Notes under the pieces: generated by a model
The model's input: only the letters and a program-made list of their open reading frames with translations
What the model was told of the DNA's origin: nothing
The model's database searches: none
Made by a program: the position numbers and the translations under genes
Shown here: positions 1-9,276 of the stretch, piece after piece
How positions within the stretch are numbered: position 1 is the stretch's first letter
How the letters are laid out: the number at the start of each line of letters is the position of its first letter
Assembly (NCBI GenBank): GCA_910587945.1
Contig: CAJUNI010000001.1
Coordinates: 10,283-74,282, forward strand
Reading direction: 5' to 3'
Source of the DNA: an uncultured Parvibacter sp.
GTDB taxonomy: Bacteria; Actinomycetota; Coriobacteriia; Coriobacteriales; Eggerthellaceae
Length of the DNA stretch: 64,000 nt

Positions 1-1273
1 GATTGATGCCTCTCAAACTACGCCAGCTACCCCAACGTTTACCACCACGCCTACTCCCGCACCGGTAACATCAGAACCTACTGTTATTGAAATTCCTTCG
101 CCGGAACCCTCATCTAGTTACACTCCTACCTCTGAAATTTCTTCGTATACCTATGAAAAGGAAGAAGAGGGAGGAGATAAAACTTCACCTTCTCAAGGAT
201 CCCATGGAGCTGCAGATAACCCGGCATCACTATTAACGTTCGAGACCTTTGTGGTTGGTGACTCTAATCGCATGGCCTATTCCATGGCGGTAGGTGTCGC
301 TGAACAACCGGGGCGCCCTTCTTTTAATCCCCTCTTTATTTACGGTAAGAGTGGACTAGGTAAAACTCACCTGATGCGGGCAATCCAAAACTATGTCCAG
401 CAAAACTTTACCCACCTTAAAACGGTGTATATCGATTCTCAAGAGCTCGTAAATGAATACACCGAAGCAAGCGCCGCTCACGATAAAGACAAGCAGAGCT
501 TCCGTAATTTCAAACAGCGTTTTGAAGAAGCCAATGTCTTACTTATTGACGATATCCAGCATTTACAAGGTAAGAAACAAACTCTCGAGATTTTCTTCCA
601 AATTTTCAATAAGCTCATTAGTGAGGGTCGCCAGATTGTCCTCTCCGCTGATCGTGCTCCTAAGAATATTGACGTTGATGAGCGCTATTATTCGCGATTC
701 CAACAAGGTGGCACGGTGGATATCCAGCCCCCTGAGGTTGAAACGAAGCTTGGAATTGTGAAGAGCTTTATCCGTGAATACCAACGGATGGACGGCTTAG
801 CCCCTTTTACGATCCCTGAAGATATCCAGATGTATATTGCCGAAAATTCTGGATCTAATATCCGGGAACTTAAAGGTGCGGTTAATAAAGTAATTTCTCA
901 AGTTATTTATCTTGATCAACCTGACATCACGTTAAGTGATATTCGTCCGATGCTTGAGGATCACTTCACTCATTCTTCTAAGAAGCTAAAGGTGGAGGAT
1001 ATCCAGGGGGTAGTAGAGAAATTCTACGGAGTCTCCCATGCAGATTTACTAGGACCTAAGCGGAGTCAGGATATTGTATTTCCTCGTCATGTGGCCATTT
1101 TCTTGTGCCATGACATCCTTGACCTTCCTTTAAAGAGTATTGCTAATAAATTTGGAGGACGAGATCACTCAACGGCTGACAATTCTATTAAGAAGATTGA
1201 ACAACGAATGATCACTGATAGAGATCTCCGTGAGGAAATCGAAGTCCTAAAACACACAATTAAGGATTTATAA
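1..1273 (+). CDS. dnaA: Chromosomal replication initiator DnaA, 5'-truncated by the window edge (linker domain II plus domains III-IV)
   Basis: The frame is open from nt 2 with no stop: a P/T/S-rich linker, then LTFETFVVGDSNRMA. Walker A is GKSGLGKTHL. The C-terminal DNA-binding region reads VFPRHVAIFLC...DHSTADNSIKKIE. Stop is at 1271-1273. The ORF-track start at 251 is only the first in-frame GTG. Confidence 0.95.
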   Translation, partial: IDASQTTPATPTFTTTPTPAPVTSEPTVIEIPSPEPSSSYTPTSEISSYTYEKEEEGGDKTSPSQGSHGAADNPASLLTFETFVVGDSNRMAYSMAVGVAEQPGRPSFNPLFIYGKSGLGKTHLMRAIQNYVQQNFTHLKTVYIDSQELVNEYTEASAAHDKDKQSFRNFKQRFEEANVLLIDDIQHLQGKKQTLEIFFQIFNKLISEGRQIVLSADRAPKNIDVDERYYSRFQQGGTVDIQPPEVETKLGIVKSFIREYQRMDGLAPFTIPEDIQMYIAENSGSNIRELKGAVNKVISQVIYLDQPDITLSDIRPMLEDHFTHSSKKLKVEDIQGVVEKFYGVSHADLLGPKRSQDIVFPRHVAIFLCHDILDLPLKSIANKFGGRDHSTADNSIKKIEQRMITDRDLREEIEVLKHTIKDL

Positions 1274-1706
1274 AAGGAAAACTAAAGGATAGAGATCGGA
1301 TTCAAGAAGGATTGTCTCGGTATAACCGCCATTTTTACTAGGGATAAATGACTCATAACATCTGTAAAGCTTGTAAGTAACGAACGAAGTTTTACTTCAC
1401 TTTGGCAATTTTCTCCGGGAGTGGGTTGGTATAAAAAGCAGGTCCCATACTTGGATTTTGAAGGTTTTCCAAGAATCCACGGCCTTAATTATGACTATGA
1501 TTTTCTAAACAAAAGAAAGTTTTTCTTATTCCCTGGTCTCTAATTCCGTAAAAACGATGATCGTACTGGCCATTCACGAAAATTCGGTCTTTCCAAACTA
1601 TCAGCAATGAGGTAGCATCATCTTTCCCTGCGTTAGCAGCTTCGAGGACACGTATGCCTCTTTAGCTATATAACTCGGTTCAAAATAATTTTTGGAAGGA
1701 CAAAGA

Positions 1707-1841
1707 ATGAAACGGACGTATCAGCCGAATAATCGCAAGCGCGCTAAGTGCCACGGTTTCCGTGCACGTATGGCAACGAAGGGTGGACGTGCAGTACTCT
1801 CTGCTCGTCGTGCTAAGGGCCGTAAGCGTCTTTGTGTGTAA
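1707..1841 (+). CDS. rpmH: 50S ribosomal protein L34
   Basis: Hand translation gives [44 protein letters not shown] (44 aa), the canonical L34 sequence. A GGAAGGA Shine-Dalgarno lies upstream. The ORF is too short for the 60-aa ORF track. Confidence 0.95.
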   Translation: MKRTYQPNNRKRAKCHGFRARMATKGGRAVLSARRAKGRKRLCV

Positions 1842-1851
1842 TTGGGTCTAA

Positions 1852-2196
1852 TTGCATACCATTAAGTCCAAACGAGAGATCACAAGATTGTTCTCTGAGG
1901 GCACCTGGTACAAGACTCCGTATTTTGCACTCATTGTTTTATCTCACAATGAAAATGAATCCAAAGGCATAGCCACACAACACGACCATGAGGGTCGTGT
2001 TGCTTTTATTGCTGGTAAAAAGCTCGGAAATGCCGTTTGGAGAAATAAAGCTAAGAGAAGAATGAGGGCAGTGTGTCAGGATCTCCAGGGTCCTTGGCAA
2101 GATCGGGATATTGTATTTGTTGCACGAAAACATGCTTGTGATGGGGATTATCAAAAGATGGTTTCTGCGGGAGAGAAGATAATTTCCTCTTTGTAG
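1852..2196 (+). CDS. rnpA: Ribonuclease P protein component
   Basis: Lies directly after rpmH. Carries the conserved GKKLGNAVWRNKAKRRMR (RNR motif). TTG start. Confidence 0.85.
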   Translation: MHTIKSKREITRLFSEGTWYKTPYFALIVLSHNENESKGIATQHDHEGRVAFIAGKKLGNAVWRNKAKRRMRAVCQDLQGPWQDRDIVFVARKHACDGDYQKMVSAGEKIISSL

Positions 2197-2214
2197 ATAA
2201 ACCTCTAAGGGGAA

Positions 2215-2457
2215 GTGGGAATAGTGTTTCAAATACTTTCACGGATTCCTACCATGATTGCTTTAGGAATAATCACGTTCTATCGCGCTTGTGTTTCTCC
2301 TCTTTTTCCTTCTTGTTGTCGTTTTGTACCAACCTGCTCTGAATACGGACTCATTGCTTTTAAACGCTATGGCTTTCGTAAGGGATTTATTCTTACGACA
2401 AAACGGATTCTTCGTTGCCGTCCAGGAGGACCCCATGGCTACGATCCCGTTCCTTAA
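2215..2457 (+). CDS. yidD: Membrane protein insertion efficiency factor YidD
   Basis: Hallmark CRFVPTCSEYGLIAFKRYG motif. Position between rnpA and yidC. GTG start. Confidence 0.9.
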   Translation: MGIVFQILSRIPTMIALGIITFYRACVSPLFPSCCRFVPTCSEYGLIAFKRYGFRKGFILTTKRILRCRPGGPHGYDPVP

Positions 2458-2491
2458 AATAACCAACGGCTAACTTTGAGAGGATATTTCC

Positions 2492-3268
2492 ATGTGGGAA
2501 ATCTTCAAAGACGCAATTTTTGAGGTCATCCAGTTCTTCTATAACTTCTGTCATGACTGGGGCCTCGCCATTATTATCGTCACCATTATCTTTCGTATCT
2601 TGGTGGCTCCGCTTATGCATAAACAAGCGAAGTCAAACTTCCAGATGCAGCGGATCCAGCCTAAGATTCAGGAAATTCAGCAGAAATATGCTAATGACCA
2701 GGTAAGACAGAGTCAGGAGCTTCAGAAGGTCTACGCTGAAGCTAAATTTAATCCTCTTGCTGGTTGCCTTCCTATGTTGCTGCAAATGCCTATCTTTATT
2801 GCGTTGTTCCAGGTATTGCGTGAGATGGGCGACCGTATTGGCGAGGGTTCCTATAGTTTCTATAACATCGTACCCAACTTGGTTCAAACTCCTTCGGGAG
2901 CGGTTTCTGAAGGCTTCCTTACCTTCCTTCCCTACTTAATCTTGATGGTTATCTTTGCTGGTGCAACGTTCTTGCCTATGTTCCTTCAGCAAATGAAAAC
3001 TGGCTCTGGATCCCAACGCACTCAAATGATTGTAATGAGTGTTGTTATGTCACTCTTTATGTTATGGATCTCTTGGGGATCCCCTGCTGGTGTTCTTTTG
3101 TTCTGGGGTGTCTCTTCTCTTATTGGTATTGGTCAAAACCAATTCACGATGTATCGTTGCCGCAAAGCAGCAGCTCTTGAAGATGAGCAGAAAGAGCTGG
3201 AAGTAAAGCCTGTGGAAGTAAACGTTACGCGTAAAGTTAAGAAAAAGCGTCCTACTAAGAAGCGTTAA
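2492..3268 (+). CDS. yidC: Membrane protein insertase YidC/Oxa1 family (short Gram-positive type)
   Basis: 258 aa with multiple TM segments. Motifs KYANDQVRQSQELQKVYAEAKFNPLAGCLPMLLQMPIFIALF, and a basic C-terminal tail KKKRPTKKR. Confidence 0.9.
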   Translation: MWEIFKDAIFEVIQFFYNFCHDWGLAIIIVTIIFRILVAPLMHKQAKSNFQMQRIQPKIQEIQQKYANDQVRQSQELQKVYAEAKFNPLAGCLPMLLQMPIFIALFQVLREMGDRIGEGSYSFYNIVPNLVQTPSGAVSEGFLTFLPYLILMVIFAGATFLPMFLQQMKTGSGSQRTQMIVMSVVMSLFMLWISWGSPAGVLLFWGVSSLIGIGQNQFTMYRCRKAAALEDEQKELEVKPVEVNVTRKVKKKRPTKKR

Positions 3269-3286
3269 AAATCGTGACTGATTTCT

Positions 3287-3302
3287 TGTTTCACGTGAAA
3301 CA
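3287..3302. promoter_or_regulatory. parS: parS centromere-like site, perfect TGTTTCACGTGAAACA
   Basis: Exact 16-bp palindrome in the yidC-jag spacer. The palindrome extends to 20 bp (CTTGTTTCACGTGAAACAAG, 3285-3304). Confidence 0.85.
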
Positions 3303-3355
3303 AGGATGGTATCAATAACCCTAGGTAGCGCTCTACTACCAAGGAGGAGGTTCTT

Positions 3356-3895
3356 ATGAGTGAAGAATTATTGGAGGACGTTGAGGTTGTTAAAGAGGCG
3401 GCTGAAGACGCTTCTGATGATGTGGTTACTGATGAAATGCTTGATAGTATCGCTGATACGGCCATTGAGGTTCTTCAAAACATTCTTAAGTACTTCAATG
3501 TAGGTGAAGTAACGATCGATGAATATGATGGCGATGAAGGTGAACTCATTCTCGATATCACTGGTGATGATTTAGCTATTCTTATTGGTCGCCATGGCCG
3601 TACCTTAGATGCTCTGCAGTTTCTTGTTTCAGCTATCACAATGAAAACTATCGGGTTTAGATATCCGCTGGTTATTGATGTAGAGGGTTATAAGAGCCGT
3701 CAACGGGAAAAATTAGAATCCATCGCTCGTTCATCAGCTCATAAAGCTATTCATCAACATCGCGAGATTAAATTGCGTCCTATGACTCCCTATGAACGTC
3801 GTATTGTTCATATCGCGCTCCGTGATGATGATCGAGTAGAGACTATTTCTGAAGGTGAAGGTCCAGGCCGGCATATCGTTATCTATCCTCGCTAA
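3356..3895 (+). CDS. jag: Jag/KhpB (EloR)-type RNA-binding protein with KH and R3H domains
   Basis: Acidic N-terminus, KH-like LAILIGRHGRTLDALQFL, and R3H motif ERRIVHIALRDD. Conserved position after yidC. Confidence 0.85.
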   Translation: MSEELLEDVEVVKEAAEDASDDVVTDEMLDSIADTAIEVLQNILKYFNVGEVTIDEYDGDEGELILDITGDDLAILIGRHGRTLDALQFLVSAITMKTIGFRYPLVIDVEGYKSRQREKLESIARSSAHKAIHQHREIKLRPMTPYERRIVHIALRDDDRVETISEGEGPGRHIVIYPR

Positions 3896-3910
3896 ATTGC
3901 GATACAGTGA

Positions 3911-3934
3911 AGCGGGCTTCGGCCCGCTTTTTTT
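3911..3934 (+). terminator. Rho-independent terminator after jag
   Basis: Stem AGCGGGC / GCCCGCT with a TTCG loop, followed by a T7 run. Confidence 0.75.
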
Positions 3935-4065
3935 ATGCCATTAACCGAGCTTATACCCGAGGACAAAGCTGTTAATGAATAGAAATGAAAGATTCCAACA
4001 GTGCTGCTGATTCTTCTCTATATACTGCATCAAGTTTAGAGAATTGAAATAGCATCAGGAGATTC

Positions 4066-4758
4066 ATGGATCAACAAACCAAAATAGCAGCAACAAATCC
4101 TGAATTACTTGCTTGTCACCTTGATCTTGTATTGTCAATTAATGAGAAAATGAATCTGACGCGTATTACTTCCAAGGAAAGCGCCAAGATTTTACATATT
4201 GAGGATTCCTTACTTGGTTTACCTTATCTCAACAATGCTCCGGAGGGCCGTTATGGTGATATGGGTTCTGGAGCTGGATATCCAGGGATCGTGTTAGCTA
4301 TAGAATCTAGAAGAGACACGGTTCTCATTGATTCTGTAAAGAAAAAAGCTGCAGCGTTACGTGAGATGGTATCTGCCCTTGGATTGGAAGATAAAATCTC
4401 AGTTTATGATGGGAGAATAGAAGAATTAGCAAAATCGCAGCCCCGTAGCTTTGCTGTTTTAACAGCTCGTGCGTTATCTTCTTTAGATTCTCTCTTAGAA
4501 TTAGCTTCTCCGTTGTTACAGAATCATGGTCAACTCATTTGTTATAAAGCTAAGCTAAGTAAAGAGGAAGAAGAAGCAGCTGCTGCTATTAGCCATGAGA
4601 CAGCTATGTATCTCATAAAAAGAGATGAATATCTTCTCTCAGATCAAGAAACCACCCGCACGATCCTTGTTTATGAGAAACGTGGAAATCCTTCTATTAA
4701 ATTACCTCGCAATATTGGTGCCGCTCAGAAACACCCATTAAAGCCTCGTTCAAAATAA
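4066..4758 (+). CDS. rsmG: 16S rRNA (guanine527-N7)-methyltransferase RsmG (GidB)
   Basis: SAM-binding motif DMGSGAGYPGIVLAI. Conserved position upstream of parAB. Confidence 0.9.
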   Translation: MDQQTKIAATNPELLACHLDLVLSINEKMNLTRITSKESAKILHIEDSLLGLPYLNNAPEGRYGDMGSGAGYPGIVLAIESRRDTVLIDSVKKKAAALREMVSALGLEDKISVYDGRIEELAKSQPRSFAVLTARALSSLDSLLELASPLLQNHGQLICYKAKLSKEEEEAAAAISHETAMYLIKRDEYLLSDQETTRTILVYEKRGNPSIKLPRNIGAAQKHPLKPRSK

Positions 4759-4807
4759 GTAGCCACACTAAAGCTGCTTAATTAAAAATAAAGAATAAGA
4801 GAGAAGA

Positions 4808-4823
4808 TGTTTCACGTGAAACA
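4808..4823. promoter_or_regulatory. parS: parS centromere-like site, perfect TGTTTCACGTGAAACA
   Basis: Exact 16-bp palindrome in the rsmG-parA spacer. Extended 20-bp palindrome GATGTTTCACGTGAAACATC (4806-4825). Confidence 0.85.
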
Positions 4824-4880
4824 TCTCGTAGTACACAGGTTGTTTGCTATACTCCTCTGTGCTAATGAAAGGAGCTTGTA

Positions 4881-5852
4881 ATGGGCATATTCGATGGTAA
4901 ACGAAGTACGAAAAGAGATACGCCATCAAAACCTATCCCTCCTGAGGAACATTCTACTTACGATGATGTGGTAGAAGTAGAGTCTGCAGAAGTGATAATG
5001 CGAGATATTAAACCGAGTCTTGAAAATCAAGCGGTTGTTACTCCTCTTCGTGGTTACAAGGATAAGAAGCCGGTAACTCATGTAATTGGAAGCACGAAAA
5101 TTATTGCCATCATTAATCAGAAAGGTGGTGTCGGTAAGTCGACTACCGCTATTAATTTGGCAGCAGCTCTTGGTTCCCTTGGTAAACAAGTTCTTTTAGT
5201 CGATTTAGATCCTCAAGGAAACTCGTCGAGCGGTCTTGGTATTGAAAAGAACGAAGTAGAATACTGTATTTATGACGTACTACTCAATGATGTCCCTATT
5301 GAAGAGGTAATTATTCCTGATGTCTATGAGGGATTAGACGTAGTTCCTGCAACTATAAACTTGGCAGGCGCAGAAGTTGAGCTCGTGTCGGAGATGGCCC
5401 GAGAGAATCGACTTAAAGACGCAGTGGGTTCTATGAGGGGACGCTACGATTATATTTTGATTGATTGTCCACCCTCCCTTGGTTTATTAACAATCAATGC
5501 TCTTGTAGCCGCAGATAAGTTACTTATTCCCATCCAGTGCGAGTTCTATGCCCTTGAAGGTGTGACAAAACTTCTTGAATCAATGAAACGTGTCAAAACA
5601 AGGCTAAATCCAACCCTAGATATCTACGGTGTCTTATTAACTATGTACGATTCTCGTACAACGCTTTCCAAGCAAGTAGTTGATGAAGTTCGAAATTACT
5701 TTGGGCGAGTGGTATTCGACACTCTTATTCCACGTACGGTAAAGCTCTCTGAAGCACCAAGTTATGGAATGCCTATTACTGAGTATGATCCACAAGGCCG
5801 TGGCTCAATCTCTTATACAGAATTAGCAAAGGAAGTGATTGCTCGTGGCTAA
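4881..5852 (+). CDS. parA: Chromosome partitioning ATPase ParA/Soj
   Basis: Deviant Walker A KIIAIINQKGGVGKSTTAINLA, then DLDPQGN and ILIDCPPSLG. Has an N-terminal extension of about 70 aa. Confidence 0.93.
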   Translation: MGIFDGKRSTKRDTPSKPIPPEEHSTYDDVVEVESAEVIMRDIKPSLENQAVVTPLRGYKDKKPVTHVIGSTKIIAIINQKGGVGKSTTAINLAAALGSLGKQVLLVDLDPQGNSSSGLGIEKNEVEYCIYDVLLNDVPIEEVIIPDVYEGLDVVPATINLAGAEVELVSEMARENRLKDAVGSMRGRYDYILIDCPPSLGLLTINALVAADKLLIPIQCEFYALEGVTKLLESMKRVKTRLNPTLDIYGVLLTMYDSRTTLSKQVVDEVRNYFGRVVFDTLIPRTVKLSEAPSYGMPITEYDPQGRGSISYTELAKEVIARG

Positions 5853-6960
5853 AGAACGGAAAAGCGGCCTTGGTCGAGGAATTGATTCGTTATTAGGAGA
5901 TTCTTATAGTCCTCAAGGGGTACCTGTACGTAAACCCGCTGCATCTCCTACACGTTCTTCTTATCAAGAGGATGAAAAAGAAACTACTGAGCCTAAAGTG
6001 CTTCGTACAAAGGTTTCTATTGAGCCTGGTGAGATTCCAGATTATGATCCGATCCTGGAACCGCGCCACGATCAGGATATTGAGTTAACTCCTGTTATTG
6101 AGCGAGAAGTGGTAGTTCCCGTAGTAGAGGAAGAGATTCAAGAGATTCATCTCCCTGTTGGGGATGAAATTGTAGCTATTGATGAAGTTCCTATTGATAA
6201 AGTAGTACCTAACCCTGATCAACCTCGTACCTATTTCAAAAAAGAGGAAATTGAGGAACTGGCAGAGTCAATTAAAGCTGATGGTCTTCTCCAGCCGATT
6301 CTTGTTCGGGCGATGGAAGATGATACTTACCAAATTATTGCTGGTGAGAGGCGTTGGCAGGCTTGTAAACAAGCTGGTTGTGAAGTAATTCCGGTTCGCG
6401 TGAAGAATGCCGATGAGAACAGAGCTCTTGAGCTCGCTCTTATTGAAAATATTCAGCGTTCTGATTTAAATCCGATTGAAGAAGCCTATGGTTATCGGCG
6501 TTTAATGGAACGCAATAATATGACTCAGGCTGAAGTGGCTCAAGCAATGTCTAAAGGTCGTTCAACGGTGGCAAATGCTCTACGCCTTCTTGAATTACCG
6601 GAGGAAGCTCAACAACTGCTCTTCGAAGAGAAGATTACTGCTGGTCATGCACGAGCCATTCTCTCAATCCCCGATGAAGAAGGTCGAAAGAAGCTTACTC
6701 AGAAGCTTAAAGAGGAAAAGTTGAGTGTTCGTGAGGCTGAAGCTATCGCACGACTGTTATCTGGTAAGAAGAGTGGTGAGGCTACTCCTACCCGTCAGCC
6801 GCTTCCTCCCATGTATAAAAAGGTAGCTAAAGTACTGCGCGACACCTTAGGCACTGGTGTACGGATTAAATCTTCCAAAGGTAAGAACAAGATTGAGATC
6901 GAGTTTAAAGACGAAGAAGACTTGCAACGTCTCTTCGAGGAAATTATTCCTATTGATTAA
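5839..6960 (+). CDS. parB: Chromosome partitioning protein ParB/Spo0J
   Basis: N-terminal GLGRGIDSLLG peptide, PNPDQPRTYF, the arginine patch IIAGERRWQACKQAG, and HTH QAEVAQAMSKGRSTVANALRLL. Overlaps the parA stop by 14 nt. The exact start (TTG 5839 or GTG 5845) is uncertain. Confidence 0.93.
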   Translation: MLVAKERKSGLGRGIDSLLGDSYSPQGVPVRKPAASPTRSSYQEDEKETTEPKVLRTKVSIEPGEIPDYDPILEPRHDQDIELTPVIEREVVVPVVEEEIQEIHLPVGDEIVAIDEVPIDKVVPNPDQPRTYFKKEEIEELAESIKADGLLQPILVRAMEDDTYQIIAGERRWQACKQAGCEVIPVRVKNADENRALELALIENIQRSDLNPIEEAYGYRRLMERNNMTQAEVAQAMSKGRSTVANALRLLELPEEAQQLLFEEKITAGHARAILSIPDEEGRKKLTQKLKEEKLSVREAEAIARLLSGKKSGEATPTRQPLPPMYKKVAKVLRDTLGTGVRIKSSKGKNKIEIEFKDEEDLQRLFEEIIPID

Positions 6961-6980
6961 TCTTTGTGAGGAGAAAGCAA

Positions 6981-7008
6981 AGAGGGGCTCTAAGGGCCCC
7001 TCTTTTTT
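6981..7008 (+). terminator. Rho-independent terminator after parB
   Basis: Stem AGAGGGGC / GCCCCTCT followed by a T-run. The last T of that run is the first base of the next parS. Confidence 0.7.
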
Positions 7009-7023
7009 GTTTCACGTGAAACA
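7008..7023. promoter_or_regulatory. parS: parS centromere-like site, perfect TGTTTCACGTGAAACA
   Basis: Exact 16-bp palindrome immediately downstream of parB. Confidence 0.85.
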
Positions 7024-7059
7024 ATCCATTGAACAGAAACTTACATTTGTTGTTTCAAA

Positions 7060-7075
7060 TGTTTCACGTGAAACA
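7060..7075. promoter_or_regulatory. parS: parS centromere-like site, perfect TGTTTCACGTGAAACA
   Basis: Exact 16-bp palindrome, 52 bp after the previous site, in the convergent parB/rlmN gap. Confidence 0.85.
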
Positions 7076-7082
7076 CTTCTCT

Positions 7083-8171
7083 TTATTGGGATTGGAATTG
7101 ATTCTTTAACTGGCCGCAAGCGCCGGCAATATCAGAACCTTTCGAGTGGCGTACTGATGCAGCAATTCCATGGTTGGTTAATTCAGAACACCACTGATTC
7201 ACATGATTTATAGAAGAAGACTTATAAGAGAAGCCCTCTATAGCATTCCAGGGGATTAAATTAATGTGACAGTGGAGTGGCTTACAGAAGGTGATAAGAG
7301 CTTCGAGGTCTTGATTACGATCATTAACGTCATTAATGAGAAGGTATTCGAACGTAATGCGACGACTGGTTTGTTGCTGATATTGAATTAACGTCTCTTG
7401 GAGTGCTTGTAAATCAAACTTGGCGCAACGAGGTAATAATTCATTTCGTACTTCTTGAATTGCTGAATGAAGTGAGATTGCGAGTGTGAACTGGCGCGGG
7501 TCTAAACTGAGATCCTGGATACCTTTTAATATTCCGCAGGTTGAAAGGGTAATATGACGCGCGCCAATAGCAAAACTCTCAGGATTATTAAACTCATCAA
7601 GGGCTAAGTTAACCTCATCAAAATTTAAAAATGGTTCTCCTTGCCCCATAAAGACAATATTAGAAACACGTTCATTAAAGTCTTCTGTAACAATACTAAC
7701 CTGTTGAATTATTTCTTCTGCGCTGAGATTCCGTGTAAATCCTTCTTTACCCGTTGCGCAGAAAGAGCACTGCATAGCGCAGCCCACCTGAGAGGATACA
7801 CAAACCGTGAGGCGGTCTGCGGAATCCCCTGACGATGAAAGAGAAGGTATTCCAACCGTTTCTACTAAGGCACCATCAGTAAGTTGAAGAATATATTTTC
7901 GTGTGCCATCTTGAGATACTTGTTTATCTTTAATGTGTACTACTGGAAGAGGATATTCTTCCTCTAATTTAACTCGTAGATTTTTCGGGAGAGTATGCAT
8001 CTGGTCATAGGAAAAACAATGGTTCTTATGAATCCAGTGATATAGCTGCGAGCCTCTAAAAGAAGGAAAGCCTAGTGACTTCATAAGACTTTTGAGTTCT
8101 TGCTCGTTGTATGTAAATAGACGTTTATTCATAGGTTCAGTATAGAGGGTTCGTGGTTCATTGGTTAACAC
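7083..8171 (-). CDS. rlmN: 23S rRNA/tRNA (adenine-C2)-methyltransferase RlmN, radical SAM
   Basis: Radical-SAM cluster motif VGCAMQCSFCATG, then MGQGEPFLN, and the C-terminal GSDIAGACGQL. The start (GTG 8171 or ATG 8132) is uncertain. Confidence 0.9.
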   Translation of the reverse strand: MLTNEPRTLYTEPMNKRLFTYNEQELKSLMKSLGFPSFRGSQLYHWIHKNHCFSYDQMHTLPKNLRVKLEEEYPLPVVHIKDKQVSQDGTRKYILQLTDGALVETVGIPSLSSSGDSADRLTVCVSSQVGCAMQCSFCATGKEGFTRNLSAEEIIQQVSIVTEDFNERVSNIVFMGQGEPFLNFDEVNLALDEFNNPESFAIGARHITLSTCGILKGIQDLSLDPRQFTLAISLHSAIQEVRNELLPRCAKFDLQALQETLIQYQQQTSRRITFEYLLINDVNDRNQDLEALITFCKPLHCHINLIPWNAIEGFSYKSSSINHVNQWCSELTNHGIAASVRHSKGSDIAGACGQLKNQFQSQ

Positions 8172-8261
8172 CTCTATAGTATTACCGTAAGATTCAAGCT
8201 AGTTTGTTATACTTTCAGCGGCCTTTTCTATCCAAGATTTAGAAATAAAGGGGAATCATTT

Positions 8262-9194
8262 ATGTCAGTCTCCTATCGCGTTGCTGTCCTTGCTGGTGGA
8301 AATAGTGGAGAACGAGAGATCTCGAAAGCTTCTGGAGCCAGTGTTTCCGAAGCCCTTCAAGAAAATGGCTATGACGTCACCATGTTAGACCCTAGTCGGA
8401 AAGAGGACCTCGTCTCTCTTATTAATGGAAACTTCGATGTAGCTTTCCTTTGTCTTCATGGTAAAAATGGCGAAGATGGAGCAACTCAAGGCCTTCTAGA
8501 ACTGATAGAACTCCCCTATACAGGGTCTCCTATTTGGTCTAGTGCTGTAGCAATGGATAAAACCTGCGCAAAACGCTACTTCGATGATGCTGGAATTCCT
8601 GTGCTGCCTTCTCGACTTCTTACGAAGGGGGAAGAGTATAGCGTTGAAGAGCTAATGGTGAATTGTGGCCATCATTGCGTCGTCAAACCTAATGCAGAAG
8701 GTAGTTCTATTGGTATCTATTTTGTACAGGAACCTAAAGAGTTTCAGGATGCTATAGAACAAGCGTTCGCTGTTAGTGACAGTATTATGATTGAGCGGTT
8801 TGTAAAAGGACGAGAGCTAACCGTCGCAGTTTTAGGGAATGAAGACCCTCAAGTACTTCCTATTATTGAAATCGTTCCAAAGAACGAGTTTTATGATTTT
8901 GAGTCAAAGTATGCTCCGGGTGGTTCTGAGCATATTTGCCCTGCCCCTTTAAGTGATGAAATTACCCAAAAAGTTTCTGATTACGCAAAACGTGCTCATA
9001 AAGTGTTGGGCTGTAAAGGAGTTTCGCGTACAGATTTCCTGCTAGATGAAGAAGGAATCCCTTGGATCTTGGAAACGAACACCATCCCAGGGATGACTAG
9101 CACCTCACTGGTGCCTGATGCCGCGCGAGCGATTGGTATGGAGTTCCCAGAACTTTGCTCTCATCTCGTGAAGCTAGCTCTCAATAAGGAATAA
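8262..9194 (+). CDS. ddl: D-alanine--D-alanine ligase
   Basis: ATP-grasp Ddl motifs: FLCLHGKNGEDGATQGLLELIELPYTGS, KPNAEGSSIG, and ILETNTIPGMTSTSL. Confidence 0.92.
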   Translation: MSVSYRVAVLAGGNSGEREISKASGASVSEALQENGYDVTMLDPSRKEDLVSLINGNFDVAFLCLHGKNGEDGATQGLLELIELPYTGSPIWSSAVAMDKTCAKRYFDDAGIPVLPSRLLTKGEEYSVEELMVNCGHHCVVKPNAEGSSIGIYFVQEPKEFQDAIEQAFAVSDSIMIERFVKGRELTVAVLGNEDPQVLPIIEIVPKNEFYDFESKYAPGGSEHICPAPLSDEITQKVSDYAKRAHKVLGCKGVSRTDFLLDEEGIPWILETNTIPGMTSTSLVPDAARAIGMEFPELCSHLVKLALNKE

Positions 9195-9211
9195 TTGCTC
9201 GAATGAGAATT

Positions 9212-9241
9212 AAAAAATGCGCCGGTAAAGGCGCATTTTTT
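9212..9241. terminator. Bidirectional rho-independent terminator between convergent ddl and the 9277-9981 gene
   Basis: AAAAAATGCGCC-GGTAAA-GGCGCATTTTTT: a perfect 12-bp arm pair with A/T runs on both sides. Confidence 0.75.
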
Positions 9242-9276
9242 GTAGGTGGAACAATTAATCCAAATAGGGAAGGCTG

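Noticed and set aside
1274-1706. The dnaA-rpmH spacer as oriC with DnaA boxes.
   Set aside because: It is AT-rich and long enough, but by eye there is no 8/9 or better match to TTATCCACA/TGTGGATAA. The best is TAGGGATAA at 1339-1347 (7/9). This is not enough to call an origin, so it is left as a question in the findings.
6857-7213. 118-aa + ORF running from the parB 3' end through both downstream parS sites.
   Set aside because: It overlaps parB and rlmN and crosses a terminator. Its FHVKQ and VSRETL peptides are simply the translated parS palindromes.
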